The position numbers and the translations under genes are program-made. The notes under the pieces are model-generated. The model worked only from the letters and a program-made list of their open reading frames with translations. It made no database searches and was not told the DNA's origin. Source: an uncultured bacterium (GTDB taxonomy: Bacteria; Verrucomicrobiota; Kiritimatiellia; PWTM01). From it: DNA of 64,000 bases. This document shows, piece after piece, positions 1 to 8,848 of the stretch. Each line of letters begins with the position of its first letter. Within the stretch, counting starts at the first letter, position 1. The DNA is taken from assembly GCA_938010045.1 (NCBI GenBank), contig CALLFZ010000023.1, positions 4,762 to 68,761 on the forward strand. The letters run 5' to 3'.

Positions 1-224
1 GCGGATGGCGTGGCCGGCTTCGTCTTGATGCCTTCTTTTTGCTTTTTCCGAAGGTAGGCAATGGCCTCGTCGCGCTGTGGGCTCTGCGGCTCTGCTTCAA
101 TCGCGTTGAAGATCCGCTCACATGCGGTTTTATCGCCCGCCAGCCAGGCCTCCACCCACTCTTCGCACCGAGGCTTGTAGGGGCCAAGTGCGGCCGCCTT
201 CAATCCGGGGATCTTGAATGTCAT
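1..224 (-). CDS. Partial hypothetical protein running off the window start (MTFKIPGLKAAALGPYKPRCEEWVEAWLAGDKTACERIFNAIEAEPQSPQRDEAIAYLRKKQKEG...)
   Basis: Own translation: ATG at 224, open to position 1, GGAG about 13 nt upstream, protein-like composition; not in the ORF track because it is truncated. Confidence 0.45.
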   Translation of the reverse strand, partial: MTFKIPGLKAAALGPYKPRCEEWVEAWLAGDKTACERIFNAIEAEPQSPQRDEAIAYLRKKQKEGIKTKPATPS

Positions 225-324
225 CGCCGTTCGTTGTTCTCCATGCCTGCAGCAAGTACGTCGGACCTTTGACTCGTGGGGAGACGGCACGCCGACGTCT
301 CGCGCCGTTTCCATTGAACAATTT

Positions 325-353
325 AATATACTCGCGCATTTTTGCCGTTACAA
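325..353 (-). promoter_or_regulatory. Sigma70-like promoter TTGTAA-N17-TATATT facing the truncated minus-strand ORF
   Basis: AT-rich patch in GC-rich DNA; -35 at 353-348, -10 at 330-325, 17-nt spacer. Confidence 0.4.
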
Positions 354-487
354 TCCGGACATACGTTCCGTTCGCGCAGCGATGACCTCACGGATGGGGA
401 CGGTGGCCCCAGCGTCTGTGGGCGGCCAGTGAGGCCGCCGGCCTTCCTCGACACCCACACCCAGTGCTTTGCGCGGGAGGAGCGCTG

Positions 488-647
488 TGGAGTGCGGCGG
501 CAAGGCACGATGCCAGGCGGGCCGCGATGCCGCTAGGGTGGTATAGGCAAGTGTGGGTTCGGACCGCAACGCCAGATGTGAATTCTGCCGCTTCGCGGCC
601 AGCTACAAGGCAGAGATACCGCGTTTCGCTGGGCACCGCACTCTCCA
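488..647. repeat. Degenerate REP-like element bounded by imperfect inverted repeats (TGGAGTGCGG ... CCGCACTCTCCA)
   Basis: Inverted ends at 488-497 and 636-647 with a 2-nt bulge, in non-coding DNA. Confidence 0.3.
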
Positions 648-895
648 GCCGTGCTCGAGGCGCGGCGACCGTGGTTCAGAGAACGACGCTTCGCCAGCGG
701 CCAGTCTGCTGGATCCGACCGCAGCGCAGACTGCCTGGCTGTGTTGTAGTGTAATGCCCTACGGGAGAGGCCGGCGCGCCCGCCGTCCGGTCTGCGTGCG
801 TGGGTGCGCGCGGGGTTGATCGTGGCGTCGATAGGGATCGGCCTGGTTCCAGTTCTCCGGGCTCGGGCGATGCGGCCGCGGGTCGCGCGCGCCAC

Positions 896-1429
896 CGAAT
901 TCCGATGGCGATGGTGGTCGGATTCCTCGGCAGCGGAACGACGACGCCGCTGCGCCGCATCGCGCCGACACTACGCGACCGGCGCCTGTTCTTTCTCGTA
1001 AATGAGTTTTCCGTCGCGGACGTGGATGGGACGCTCGTGCGGAAAGAAGGCGGGCACGTGACCGAGCTGCGGGGCGGCAGCCTCTTTGGCCGATGTCGGA
1101 CCACCGCGTTTCTTGGGAACCTCGAGCGCACCGCCCACCTGACGCGCGAGGGTGGGGACGATCGAGGGTGAGGACGATGGCCTCGTCGTCGAAGCTAGCG
1201 GGATGGCCGATCCGCGCGCCGCGCGGGACCTGCTGTGCAAATCGGGGTTCGATCGCGTCTTCGAACGGCGGGCATCACAGTCGAGTTCGCAGTCCCGAAG
1301 GCGGCCGATCTCGACGCCTTGGCGGCGCCCGACGCGCTCCCAGCACTGGCGGCGGCGGTGGTGCGGGGCGGCGCTGCCGCGTCAGTGTGGAAGCGGCTGG
1401 AGGCCGCGCTCGGGGTGCGTAAAGTGTAG
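896..1429 (+). pseudogene. CobW/COG0523 (G3E family) GTPase/metallochaperone pseudogene
   Basis: Motifs IPMAMVVGFLGSGTTT (Walker A with K->T), LVNEFS, GGSLFGRC and VVEASGMADP are spread over three frames; frameshift at the tandem duplication 1147-1178 and a second near 1270. Confidence 0.75.
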
Positions 1430-1444
1430 GCGGACCGGCGCGCG

Positions 1445-2665
1445 ATGGATCTCGAAGCCAAGCTTGCGCTGCTATCGGCTGCGGCGAAATATGATGTTTC
1501 GTGCGCTTCGAGCGGCAGCCGCCGTTCGGCGCGGCGCGGCATCGGTTCGACCGCCGTCAGTGGCATCTGCCACACGTGGTCGGATGACGGCCGCTGCATC
1601 TCGCTGCTGAAGATCCTGTTTTCGAACCGGTGCGCCTACGACTGCGCCTATTGCGTTTGCCGCGCGAGCCGGCCCGGACCGCGTGCGACGTTCACAGTGG
1701 ACGAGGTCGTGCGGCTGACGATGGAGTTCTATCGGCGCAACTACATCGAGGGACTCTTCCTGAGTTCGGCGGTGGTGGGCCATCCCGATGCGACAATGGA
1801 GCAGCTGGTGAGGGTCATCGAGCGGTTGCGGCGGCAGGAGAACTTCCACGGCTACATCCACCTGAAGACGATCCCCGGCGCGAGCGTGGAGTGGGTGCGG
1901 CGCGCCGGGCTGTTTGCGGACCGGTTGAGCATCAACATTGAGCTGCCCAGCGAGGCCTCGCTGCGGCGGCTGGCGCCAGACAAGGCTCGCGCGGACATTC
2001 TCGGCCCGATGCAGCACATCGCCGAAACGATTGCTGAGCGCCGCGAGGATCGCCGCCGGTTGCGACGTGTGCCGCCCTTTGCGCCGGCGGGCCAGAGCAC
2101 GCAAATGATCGTCGGCGCCTCGCCGGAACCGGACCTGCAGATTCTGCGCCTCGCCCGCGCGCTCTACCGCCGGTTCGGCCTGCGCCGCGTGTACTACTCC
2201 GCCTACGAGCCCGTCGCCGCTGATCCGCGCCTGCCGCCGCCCGATCAGCCGCCCGACCGCGTGCGGGAGCACCGCCTCTATGAGGCCGACTGGCTGGTGC
2301 GGCTCTATGGTTTTGAGCCGGAAGAACTGCTCGACGAGTCTTGCCCGAATCTCGACCACGAGCGCGATCCGAAACTCGCCTGGGCGCTGCGGCATCCGGA
2401 GCGGTTCCCGGTGGACGTCAACCGCGCCGACCGCGAGGAGCTGCTGCGCGTGCCCGGGATCGGCCTCAAGTCCGCCGCGCGGATTCTGGCGACCCGGCGC
2501 TGGGCGCCGGTACGACCTGAAGATCTGGCGGCGCTGGGTGTGGTGGTGCGGCGCGCATGGTCATTTCTCGAGTGCAGCGGCCGCCGTGTGCCGCCCCCGC
2601 TCCGCGTCGCGCGGGCCGCCGAGCCGATCCGCGCGACGCAGCTCGAGCTGTTGGACGGCTTGTGA
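1445..2665 (+). CDS. Putative DNA modification/repair radical SAM protein with helix-hairpin-helix domain (TIGR03916-like)
   Basis: CxxxCxxC (CAYDCAYC), N-terminal KYDVSCASSG, STQMIVG, HhH VNRADREELLRVPGIG. Confidence 0.92.
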   Translation: MDLEAKLALLSAAAKYDVSCASSGSRRSARRGIGSTAVSGICHTWSDDGRCISLLKILFSNRCAYDCAYCVCRASRPGPRATFTVDEVVRLTMEFYRRNYIEGLFLSSAVVGHPDATMEQLVRVIERLRRQENFHGYIHLKTIPGASVEWVRRAGLFADRLSINIELPSEASLRRLAPDKARADILGPMQHIAETIAERREDRRRLRRVPPFAPAGQSTQMIVGASPEPDLQILRLARALYRRFGLRRVYYSAYEPVAADPRLPPPDQPPDRVREHRLYEADWLVRLYGFEPEELLDESCPNLDHERDPKLAWALRHPERFPVDVNRADREELLRVPGIGLKSAARILATRRWAPVRPEDLAALGVVVRRAWSFLECSGRRVPPPLRVARAAEPIRATQLELLDGL

Positions 2666-3486
2666 CCGCCGCTATTCGATACGACGGTTCGACGGATGGC
2701 CTGCTTTGCGCCGTTGCGCGGGCGTTGGGATCCGAGCCGGCCGCCCACCTGATCGGGCCCGACCGCACGGGGGAGGCGCGGTTGTTGCCGGACGAGGTCA
2801 CCGTGGAGGCCGATCCGATCGCCGCGGGAGCCTTTCTCGACCAGGTTCGGTGGCGTCTTGGGCCTCGCTGGGTACGGCGTGTGCTGCGGCTCTGCTGCGC
2901 GGCGGATCCCGCGCGCGACCGCCTGCTGCTCGGCGCGCTCGCGCTCGCATGGGAGCGAGGCGCCGAGGTCGAACACTGGTACGCGAATCCAGTAATCCGC
3001 GCGACGCTGCGGCTCGAGCGGAAGGTGTCGCTCGAGGCCCACCGGTTCCAAGGGCTGCTGCGCTTCCGTCGCCTGGCGGACGGGCGACTCTGGGGGCCGA
3101 TCGAGCCGGACCACGATGTGACGCCGCTCTTGGCGCCCTGTTTCCGGCGGCGACTCGCGACCGACGCGTGGCTGATCCACGATGTGCGCCGAGGGTACGG
3201 GATCGGCGGGGAGCCCGGCGCGGACGGCTGCCGTCCGTGGACGGCCGCGGAGATCGAAGCGGAACTGGCGCGCGGCCTCGATCCCACCGAGGCGGCGTAT
3301 CAAAATCTCTGGCGGACGTTCTACCAATCGATCTGCATTGCCGCGCGCCGCTCACCTGCCCTCCAGCGTCGCAACATGCCGGCACGGTACTGGCGGTATT
3401 TGGTCGAGGAGCCAGGCGGCGGCGCGCGGGTGGACCGGCGGCCAAACTCCGCAGCGCCCGCGCCGGACAAACCTCTCGACGGTTGA
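2662..3486 (+). CDS. TIGR03915/DUF4130 family putative DNA repair/metabolism protein
   Basis: GTG overlaps the radical SAM stop (GTGA); YDGSTDGLL, EAHRFQGLLRF, IEPDHDV, YQNLWRTFYQSI, RRNMPARYWRYL. Confidence 0.88.
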   Translation: MTAAIRYDGSTDGLLCAVARALGSEPAAHLIGPDRTGEARLLPDEVTVEADPIAAGAFLDQVRWRLGPRWVRRVLRLCCAADPARDRLLLGALALAWERGAEVEHWYANPVIRATLRLERKVSLEAHRFQGLLRFRRLADGRLWGPIEPDHDVTPLLAPCFRRRLATDAWLIHDVRRGYGIGGEPGADGCRPWTAAEIEAELARGLDPTEAAYQNLWRTFYQSICIAARRSPALQRRNMPARYWRYLVEEPGGGARVDRRPNSAAPAPDKPLDG

Positions 3487-3512
3487 CGCGGCGTCGCCTC
3501 CGTTACTATACT
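3483..3512 (+). promoter_or_regulatory. Sigma70-like promoter TTGACG-N18-TATACT for the sulfatase
   Basis: Near-consensus hexamers, followed by SD AAGGAG and ATG at 3537. Confidence 0.6.
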
Positions 3513-3536
3513 CGGCGCACCAAGGAGAGCCGAATC

Positions 3537-5051
3537 ATGAATCCATACCGATGGGCTGTCGCGGTATGTGCGTGGATGGCCCTGCAGGCCGGCGCGGCAC
3601 CAATCCTGCCCGACACCCGCGGCATGAATATCCTGTTCATCAACATCGAGGACTGCAATGCGGCGGCACTCGGGTGCTACGGAAACCCGATTTGCCGCAC
3701 GCCGAACCTCGACCGCCTGTGTGCGAGTGGCATCCGGTTCGACGCCGCCTACGTGCAGGGCATCGCCTGCAACCCCTCGCGCACTTCGTTCCTCACGGGT
3801 TTGCGACCGCGCACTACCGGCGTGCTCTCCAATGAGGATGTGATGGAAGACCATCTGCCGGTCGGCACGCGCACGCTGCCCGAGGTGCTCAAGGGCGCGG
3901 GATTTCAACTGGCCAATGTCGGCAAGTTGTTCCACGGGGACTATGGGCGGCGTCGAATGGCGCTCTTCGACCGACTGGAACACTGCGCCCGCCCGCCCGG
4001 CTGGCAAGGACCATCGCCGATTCTCACGTTCCCGCCGCGGCGCCATGCGGATGCCGTCGGCCCCCCTCCCAAAGACGAAAAGAGCCAAGAGTACCGGGAA
4101 TGGAAGCGGCGGCATTCCGACCGCTATGGCGATTCGGGCAGGGACTGGGAAGAGGAGGGCGACTACCGCATGGCTGCCACCGCCGCCGCGCTGATCCGCG
4201 ACTATGCGAAGAGCGGGCAGCGGTTTTTCCTCTCCGTTGCACAATCTCGCCCCCATACGCCATTGATCGCGCCGAAGCAATTCCTCGACCTTTACGACCC
4301 CGCGAAGATCCCGGATCCGCCGGCGGCGCCGTCCTCCCTGAAAAACTTTCCGTACATGAGACGCGCGACGGGACGCAACCCCGATATCTTCGTCGCCGGC
4401 CAGCCGACGCCCCAGCAGGCGCGGGAGGCCATCGCGGCCTACTATGCGTGCCTCTCGATGGTGGATGCGAATATCGGGCTGATCCTCGACGCGCTCGATC
4501 AAACGGGACTGGCGACGAACACGATCGTCGTGTGTCTCGGCGATCACGGCTTCCATTTGGGCGACCACGGATTCTGGTCGAAATATTCAATGCTCGAGGC
4601 GACGCATCGCGCGCCGCTGATCATCCGCGTGCCCGGGGCGCCGGGCAACGGTCGGGCATGCCGCCGGTTGGTCGAGTTCGTGGACCTGATGCCGACGCTG
4701 TGCGAGCTGGCCGGAGCGGCCGCACCCTCCAACCTCGAAGGGATTAGTTTCGTCCCCCTGCTGGTGGATCCCGACCGCCCGTGGAAGTCGGCCGTCTTCA
4801 TCAGCGCTGGCGGCAGCGATCGCGGTGATGGCGTACGGACCGCCCAGTATCGTTATCTGGAGTTTCAGAAGGGCGAGATGAGGGCCGCCCTCTTCGATCT
4901 CGAACGCGATCCCTGGGAGACGGTCAACGTGGTGGACGATCCGGCCTATGCGAAGGCGCGCGACGAAATGGCCGCACTACTGAGGGCGGGATGGCGCGCC
5001 GCGCTGCCGCCCGGCGTTCCCGCGCCGGGCGCGCCGCCGCGTGCTCCCTGA
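3537..5051 (+). CDS. Secreted Cys-type sulfatase (iduronate/choline sulfatase-like)
   Basis: Signal peptide; NILFINIED, formylglycine motif CNPSRTSFLTG, GKLFH, PHTP, GDHGFHLGDH. Confidence 0.93.
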   Translation: MNPYRWAVAVCAWMALQAGAAPILPDTRGMNILFINIEDCNAAALGCYGNPICRTPNLDRLCASGIRFDAAYVQGIACNPSRTSFLTGLRPRTTGVLSNEDVMEDHLPVGTRTLPEVLKGAGFQLANVGKLFHGDYGRRRMALFDRLEHCARPPGWQGPSPILTFPPRRHADAVGPPPKDEKSQEYREWKRRHSDRYGDSGRDWEEEGDYRMAATAAALIRDYAKSGQRFFLSVAQSRPHTPLIAPKQFLDLYDPAKIPDPPAAPSSLKNFPYMRRATGRNPDIFVAGQPTPQQAREAIAAYYACLSMVDANIGLILDALDQTGLATNTIVVCLGDHGFHLGDHGFWSKYSMLEATHRAPLIIRVPGAPGNGRACRRLVEFVDLMPTLCELAGAAAPSNLEGISFVPLLVDPDRPWKSAVFISAGGSDRGDGVRTAQYRYLEFQKGEMRAALFDLERDPWETVNVVDDPAYAKARDEMAALLRAGWRAALPPGVPAPGAPPRAP

Positions 5052-5237
5052 GCCAGCATAGCCCGGCTCCGCTGAACCAAAGCCCGTCGACGTCCTGCCC
5101 GCGGCCGAAGACCGCAAGTTACGTTCGACCTCTCGCGGTCGGGTATTTCTGCTTCGTGCTGTTCCGACGTTGTTGGGCGTCCGGCGCGGAAATCTCATCG
5201 GCCGCCGCCTTCCGTACAAGCGGAAAGGAGTCGGACG

Positions 5238-5627
5238 ATGACGACTGAGCGACCGATTGAAAAGTACAACATCCGCGGACTGGCGGCCGTGACGATGGTG
5301 GCGGCGGCGGTGGCCGGCGCAATGTCGCACCTGGGGGTGGCCTCTCCGCCCGCCGACAAGATGGTGCGACAGGCCAGTGGCGCCACGCTGCTGTACGACC
5401 CACGGCACGGTCGGCTGGACGTACGCACTTCCAATGGCGCGCTCTGGCGGATTCACCGGATCGGCCGCGCGACCATGGAAGGGTTGATGGCCGACCCATG
5501 CCCGGCCGCAACAGTGCGGCAGAGGCTGATGTACCGCTTTCCGACCGAGCGGTGTGCCGGTGTGCCGGAGACGCGACGCACGGCAACCAGCTGTGAACCC
5601 ACGAAACAGCAATCCGTGGTGGAGTGA
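5238..5627 (+). CDS. Hypothetical protein with N-terminal hydrophobic segment, possibly the 5' part of a decayed gene
   Basis: Strong SD (AAAGGAG) before the ATG; signal-like stretch; no family motif; downstream DNA looks degenerate. Confidence 0.4.
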   Translation: MTTERPIEKYNIRGLAAVTMVAAAVAGAMSHLGVASPPADKMVRQASGATLLYDPRHGRLDVRTSNGALWRIHRIGRATMEGLMADPCPAATVRQRLMYRFPTERCAGVPETRRTATSCEPTKQQSVVE

Positions 5628-5949
5628 GTCGCGCGAGTCGGCCGAGAGGCGCCGTGGGGGCCTGTTCCCCGAAAGTCACGTGCCCCGAAAGTCGCGTGCC
5701 GGTGCCATCGGGTGCAGGGTCGCGGGCCCGTTCGTTCTGGGATGGACGGTGTTCCGTCGGCGTTGATGCCGCCCAACGCGCTGAACGTGGCCCACCCGAA
5801 CCCGCAGTCTGCGTTGCGGCCACACCGAATTTGCCGCGGAAACTTCGCCCCCACCTCACATGCCTCGCCCCATGCGGCAAGCGGCTTTTAGGGTGAAGAT
5901 CTTCTGAATTTACTCAACCAGATCCACCCGAGCCGATGGCGCTGTGGAT

Positions 5950-6400
5950 AGGGACGGACTTGTGTTTGTCCCCACTCGCCGACGGGCTACCGCACCGGGG
6001 ACAAGCACCTCGCAACGCCCTTCAGTTCCGTTCCCTGTGCTTACTGCACCCGAAGAGGTACGTGTTCCCAGTGCCTGTCTCGAGGGAGGCAACCAGCGAG
6101 CGAAGCAAATCGGCGCTCAATCAACCCGCGCTTATAGACCAGCCCAATGGGGACAGGCGCCCGACAAGAAGTCACAGTTACATGCCTGTCCCCACCAGCC
6201 CCAACCCCGTGCCCAGTGTTGTGCCTGTCCCCAGAGAGCTCCAGAGAGCTCGGCCGACAGTTCGTGCCTGTCCCCATCAGCCCCCAGCCCCCCACCAGTC
6301 CCCAGCGTTGCAGCTGGCGCGGCGCTGTGCTGTAGCTCCGGCGCTGTGCTGTAGCTCCGGCGCTCTGCCGCCGGAGCTTTCTCGCCCATATCTTCCGCCG
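5950..6400. repeat. REP-like repeat field A: about 7 copies of (G)TGCCTGTCCCC or its reverse complement plus a GTAG-footed hairpin
   Basis: Motif at 6149 (inverted), 6182, 6221, 6264 and variants at 5962, 5997, 6071; hairpin CTGTAGCTCCGGCG-CTCTGC-CGCCGGAGC at 6349-6377; 19-bp tandem duplication 6321-6358. Confidence 0.75.
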
Positions 6401-6733
6401 GAGGACCGGCGGAACTACAAAATCTTCCTGGCGACGTTACTGGCGCACGAGGGTGGGCCAAGGTCCGGGAAACGGCTGGGACAGACGCGATTATCGCCGG
6501 TCACGCGCGCTTAACCGATACGGCGCAGTCCGAAACTCGGAGAACAACGGCCGAGGAGGGATGAGGTCTATCCCGAGGGCGCTGTTCGGAGGCTGACGCG
6601 ACGGTTGGGGAGGCGGAAACCGAGTTTGTTCGGTCGCATTCTGAAGATGTTTGCTCCTTCCCGCATTCCGATCCCTCGTCTCACCCCTCAAAACAATCCG
6701 CAGCGCAATCGGCTCTTTAAACCCACGGCGCCA

Positions 6734-6762
6734 TTGCGCGCCCTTGCCGTCGTATCTATCAT
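6734..6762 (+). promoter_or_regulatory. Sigma70-like promoter TTGCGC-N17-TATCAT for the fucosidase
   Basis: 17-nt spacer; the same hexamer pair precedes argS; SD GAGGAG downstream. Confidence 0.55.
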
Positions 6763-6791
6763 GCGGGCGCACTCGTGAGGAGACAGGCCGT

Positions 6792-8603
6792 ATGAACACG
6801 TCATTTCACGTTTCGATCCCCGCGCATGCCCGTGTTGCGTTGTTCCTGCTCGCCGGTGCTCTTGCGACGGCGCGGGCCGCGGAGCCCGCGCGCGAGTTTC
6901 GGAAGGAGTCGCCCGCCGAGCGCGCCGCCCGCATGGCGTGGTTCACCGAGGCGCGCTTTGGCATGTTCATCACGTGGGGCCTCTACGCGATTCCCGCCGG
7001 CGAATGGAAGGGCAAGGAGATTCCCGGCATCGGCGAGTGGATCATGAACCGCGCGAAGATTCCGCTCTCCGAGTACCGCGAGCTGGTGAAGCAGTTCAAC
7101 CCCACGCGGTACGACCCGCAGGAATGGGTCCGCATTGCCCAGCGCGCCGGCATGCGCTACATCGTGATCACTTCGAAGCACCACGACGGATTTTGCCTCT
7201 GGGACTCAAAAGAGACCGACTACGACGTCGCCTCCACCCCCTACGGCCGTGACTTGCTGCGCCCGCTCGCCGACGCCGCCCGCGCCGCTGGCCTGCGCAT
7301 GTGCTTTTACTACTCGATCATGGACTGGCAGCACCCGAACTATGACCCGCTGCCCGCCTGGGACAAGGACCGCCCCGGGCATCGGCCGGACATGGACGCG
7401 TACGTGCGCTACATGAAAGCCCAGCTTCGCGAGCTGATCGAGGGGATGGGCCCGCTCGGCATCCTTTGGTTCGACGGCGAGTGGGAACCCACCTGGACCC
7501 ACGAGCGCGGCGTGGATCTCTACAATTACGTGCGCTCGCTCCAGCCATCCATCATCGTCAACAACCGCGTGGACAAGGGCCGCAAGGGCATGGCCGGCAT
7601 GACCGCTGAGGGCGAATTCGCCGGGGACTACGGCACACCCGAGCAGGAGGTCCCCTCGCGCAGCTTCCCGGAAGGCGTCTACTGGGAAAGCTGCATGACA
7701 ATGAACGACACTTGGGGCTACAAGAAACACGACCACAACTGGAAGAGCGTCACGCAGCTCATCCGCACCCTCGTGGATATCGCCTCAAAGGGCGGCAACT
7801 TCCTCTTGAACGTCGGACCCAAGGCCGACGGCACGTTCCCGCCCGAGATCGTGGAGCGGCTCGAGGCGATAGGACAGTGGATGGAGAAGAACGGCGAATC
7901 CATCTACGGCACCACGGCGTCGCCCTTTGCGCGGCTGCGCCAACGCTGCACGAAGAAGAACGGCCGTCTCTACGTTCACGTTTTCGAGCGGCCCGCGTCG
8001 GGCCTCGTCACGTTACCCGGTCTGACCAACACGATCCGCGGCGCGAAATGGCTAGCGACCGGTGCGGCGCTCGAGGTGCTCCGTCACGAGGATGCCCCCG
8101 CCATCCGTATCCCTGAGTTGCTGCCGGACCCCCACGTCTCCACCATCCAGGTGGACGTGGACGGAATCCCGGCGACGCTGCCGGTGCCGATCATCCAGGA
8201 CGACGACGGTTCGGTGGAGCTGCCCGGTTCCGACGCGCGTCTCGAGGGAGCATCGCTGCGCTATGACATGCTGAGTGACAGCATTTCGGGCTGGGCGGCC
8301 ACGGATGACGCCGTGCGCTGGTCTTTCCACTTGAGGAAGCCCGGCGACTATCGGATCGAGATCGAATATGCCTGTGCAAAGGGCGACGAGGGCGGCGATG
8401 TTCAGGTGACGATCGTGGACCAGGTCGTGACCGGCCGGCTCGAGACCAGCGGCAGCTCGCATCGCTTCCATCGCCGCGAGCTGGGGACGATCCGTCTGAC
8501 AGAGCCCGGCGAGTGGACGGCGGTGGTGCGCGGACGCAAGCCCGAGACGGCAAAAACGCTGATGCACCTGCGCGGCGTGCGGCTCTTACCCGTCGCCCGC
8601 TGA
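6792..8603 (+). CDS. Secreted alpha-L-fucosidase (GH29) with C-terminal carbohydrate-binding-like beta-sandwich
   Basis: Signal peptide; ARFGMFITWGLY, TSKHHDGF, LWFDGEW, WESCMTMNDTWGY, GGNFLLNVGP; extra C-terminal domain of about 130 aa. Confidence 0.93.
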   Translation: MNTSFHVSIPAHARVALFLLAGALATARAAEPAREFRKESPAERAARMAWFTEARFGMFITWGLYAIPAGEWKGKEIPGIGEWIMNRAKIPLSEYRELVKQFNPTRYDPQEWVRIAQRAGMRYIVITSKHHDGFCLWDSKETDYDVASTPYGRDLLRPLADAARAAGLRMCFYYSIMDWQHPNYDPLPAWDKDRPGHRPDMDAYVRYMKAQLRELIEGMGPLGILWFDGEWEPTWTHERGVDLYNYVRSLQPSIIVNNRVDKGRKGMAGMTAEGEFAGDYGTPEQEVPSRSFPEGVYWESCMTMNDTWGYKKHDHNWKSVTQLIRTLVDIASKGGNFLLNVGPKADGTFPPEIVERLEAIGQWMEKNGESIYGTTASPFARLRQRCTKKNGRLYVHVFERPASGLVTLPGLTNTIRGAKWLATGAALEVLRHEDAPAIRIPELLPDPHVSTIQVDVDGIPATLPVPIIQDDDGSVELPGSDARLEGASLRYDMLSDSISGWAATDDAVRWSFHLRKPGDYRIEIEYACAKGDEGGDVQVTIVDQVVTGRLETSGSSHRFHRRELGTIRLTEPGEWTAVVRGRKPETAKTLMHLRGVRLLPVAR

Positions 8604-8848
8604 GTGCCGTCTGGCGATCCGGCCATCCTCGCGGAGACCGCGGCTCCTCGGCGACGGTGTTCGAAGGTTTGTGGCACCTCCGCCCGCCTTTCGACACAGC
8701 GTGGCGGACTTGCCAGCGGCCGTGAGGGACGTTCCGCGATGTGTCGGAGATCTGCCCGGAAGGCGGCTTGGGGCTCAGGTGGAGACAAGCGCTGGACGAG
8801 CGATGACCACGCGAGTTCCGCGGGGCGGTGTGCTCGTTCGGCAGGACC

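Noticed and set aside
340-800. Cobalamin riboswitch upstream of the CobW-like pseudogene
   Set aside because: Only a CCGCAAC fragment; no GGGAA or B12-box elements
1400-1444. LexA/SOS box upstream of the radical SAM repair pair
   Set aside because: No TGTTC-N4-GAACA, CTGT-N8-ACAG or GAAC-N4-GTTC palindrome seen
2280-5051. 923-aa ORF suggesting a large N-terminal fusion to the sulfatase
   Set aside because: The first 419 codons are an alternative frame over two real genes; promoter, SD and signal peptide place the start at 3537
6378-6480. Possible RAYT transposase remnant (IFR..EDRRNY-like)
   Set aside because: Needs a frameshift, has no HUH motif, and the segment is explained by the palindrome CCGCCGG-AGGA-CCGGCGG; blastx would settle it
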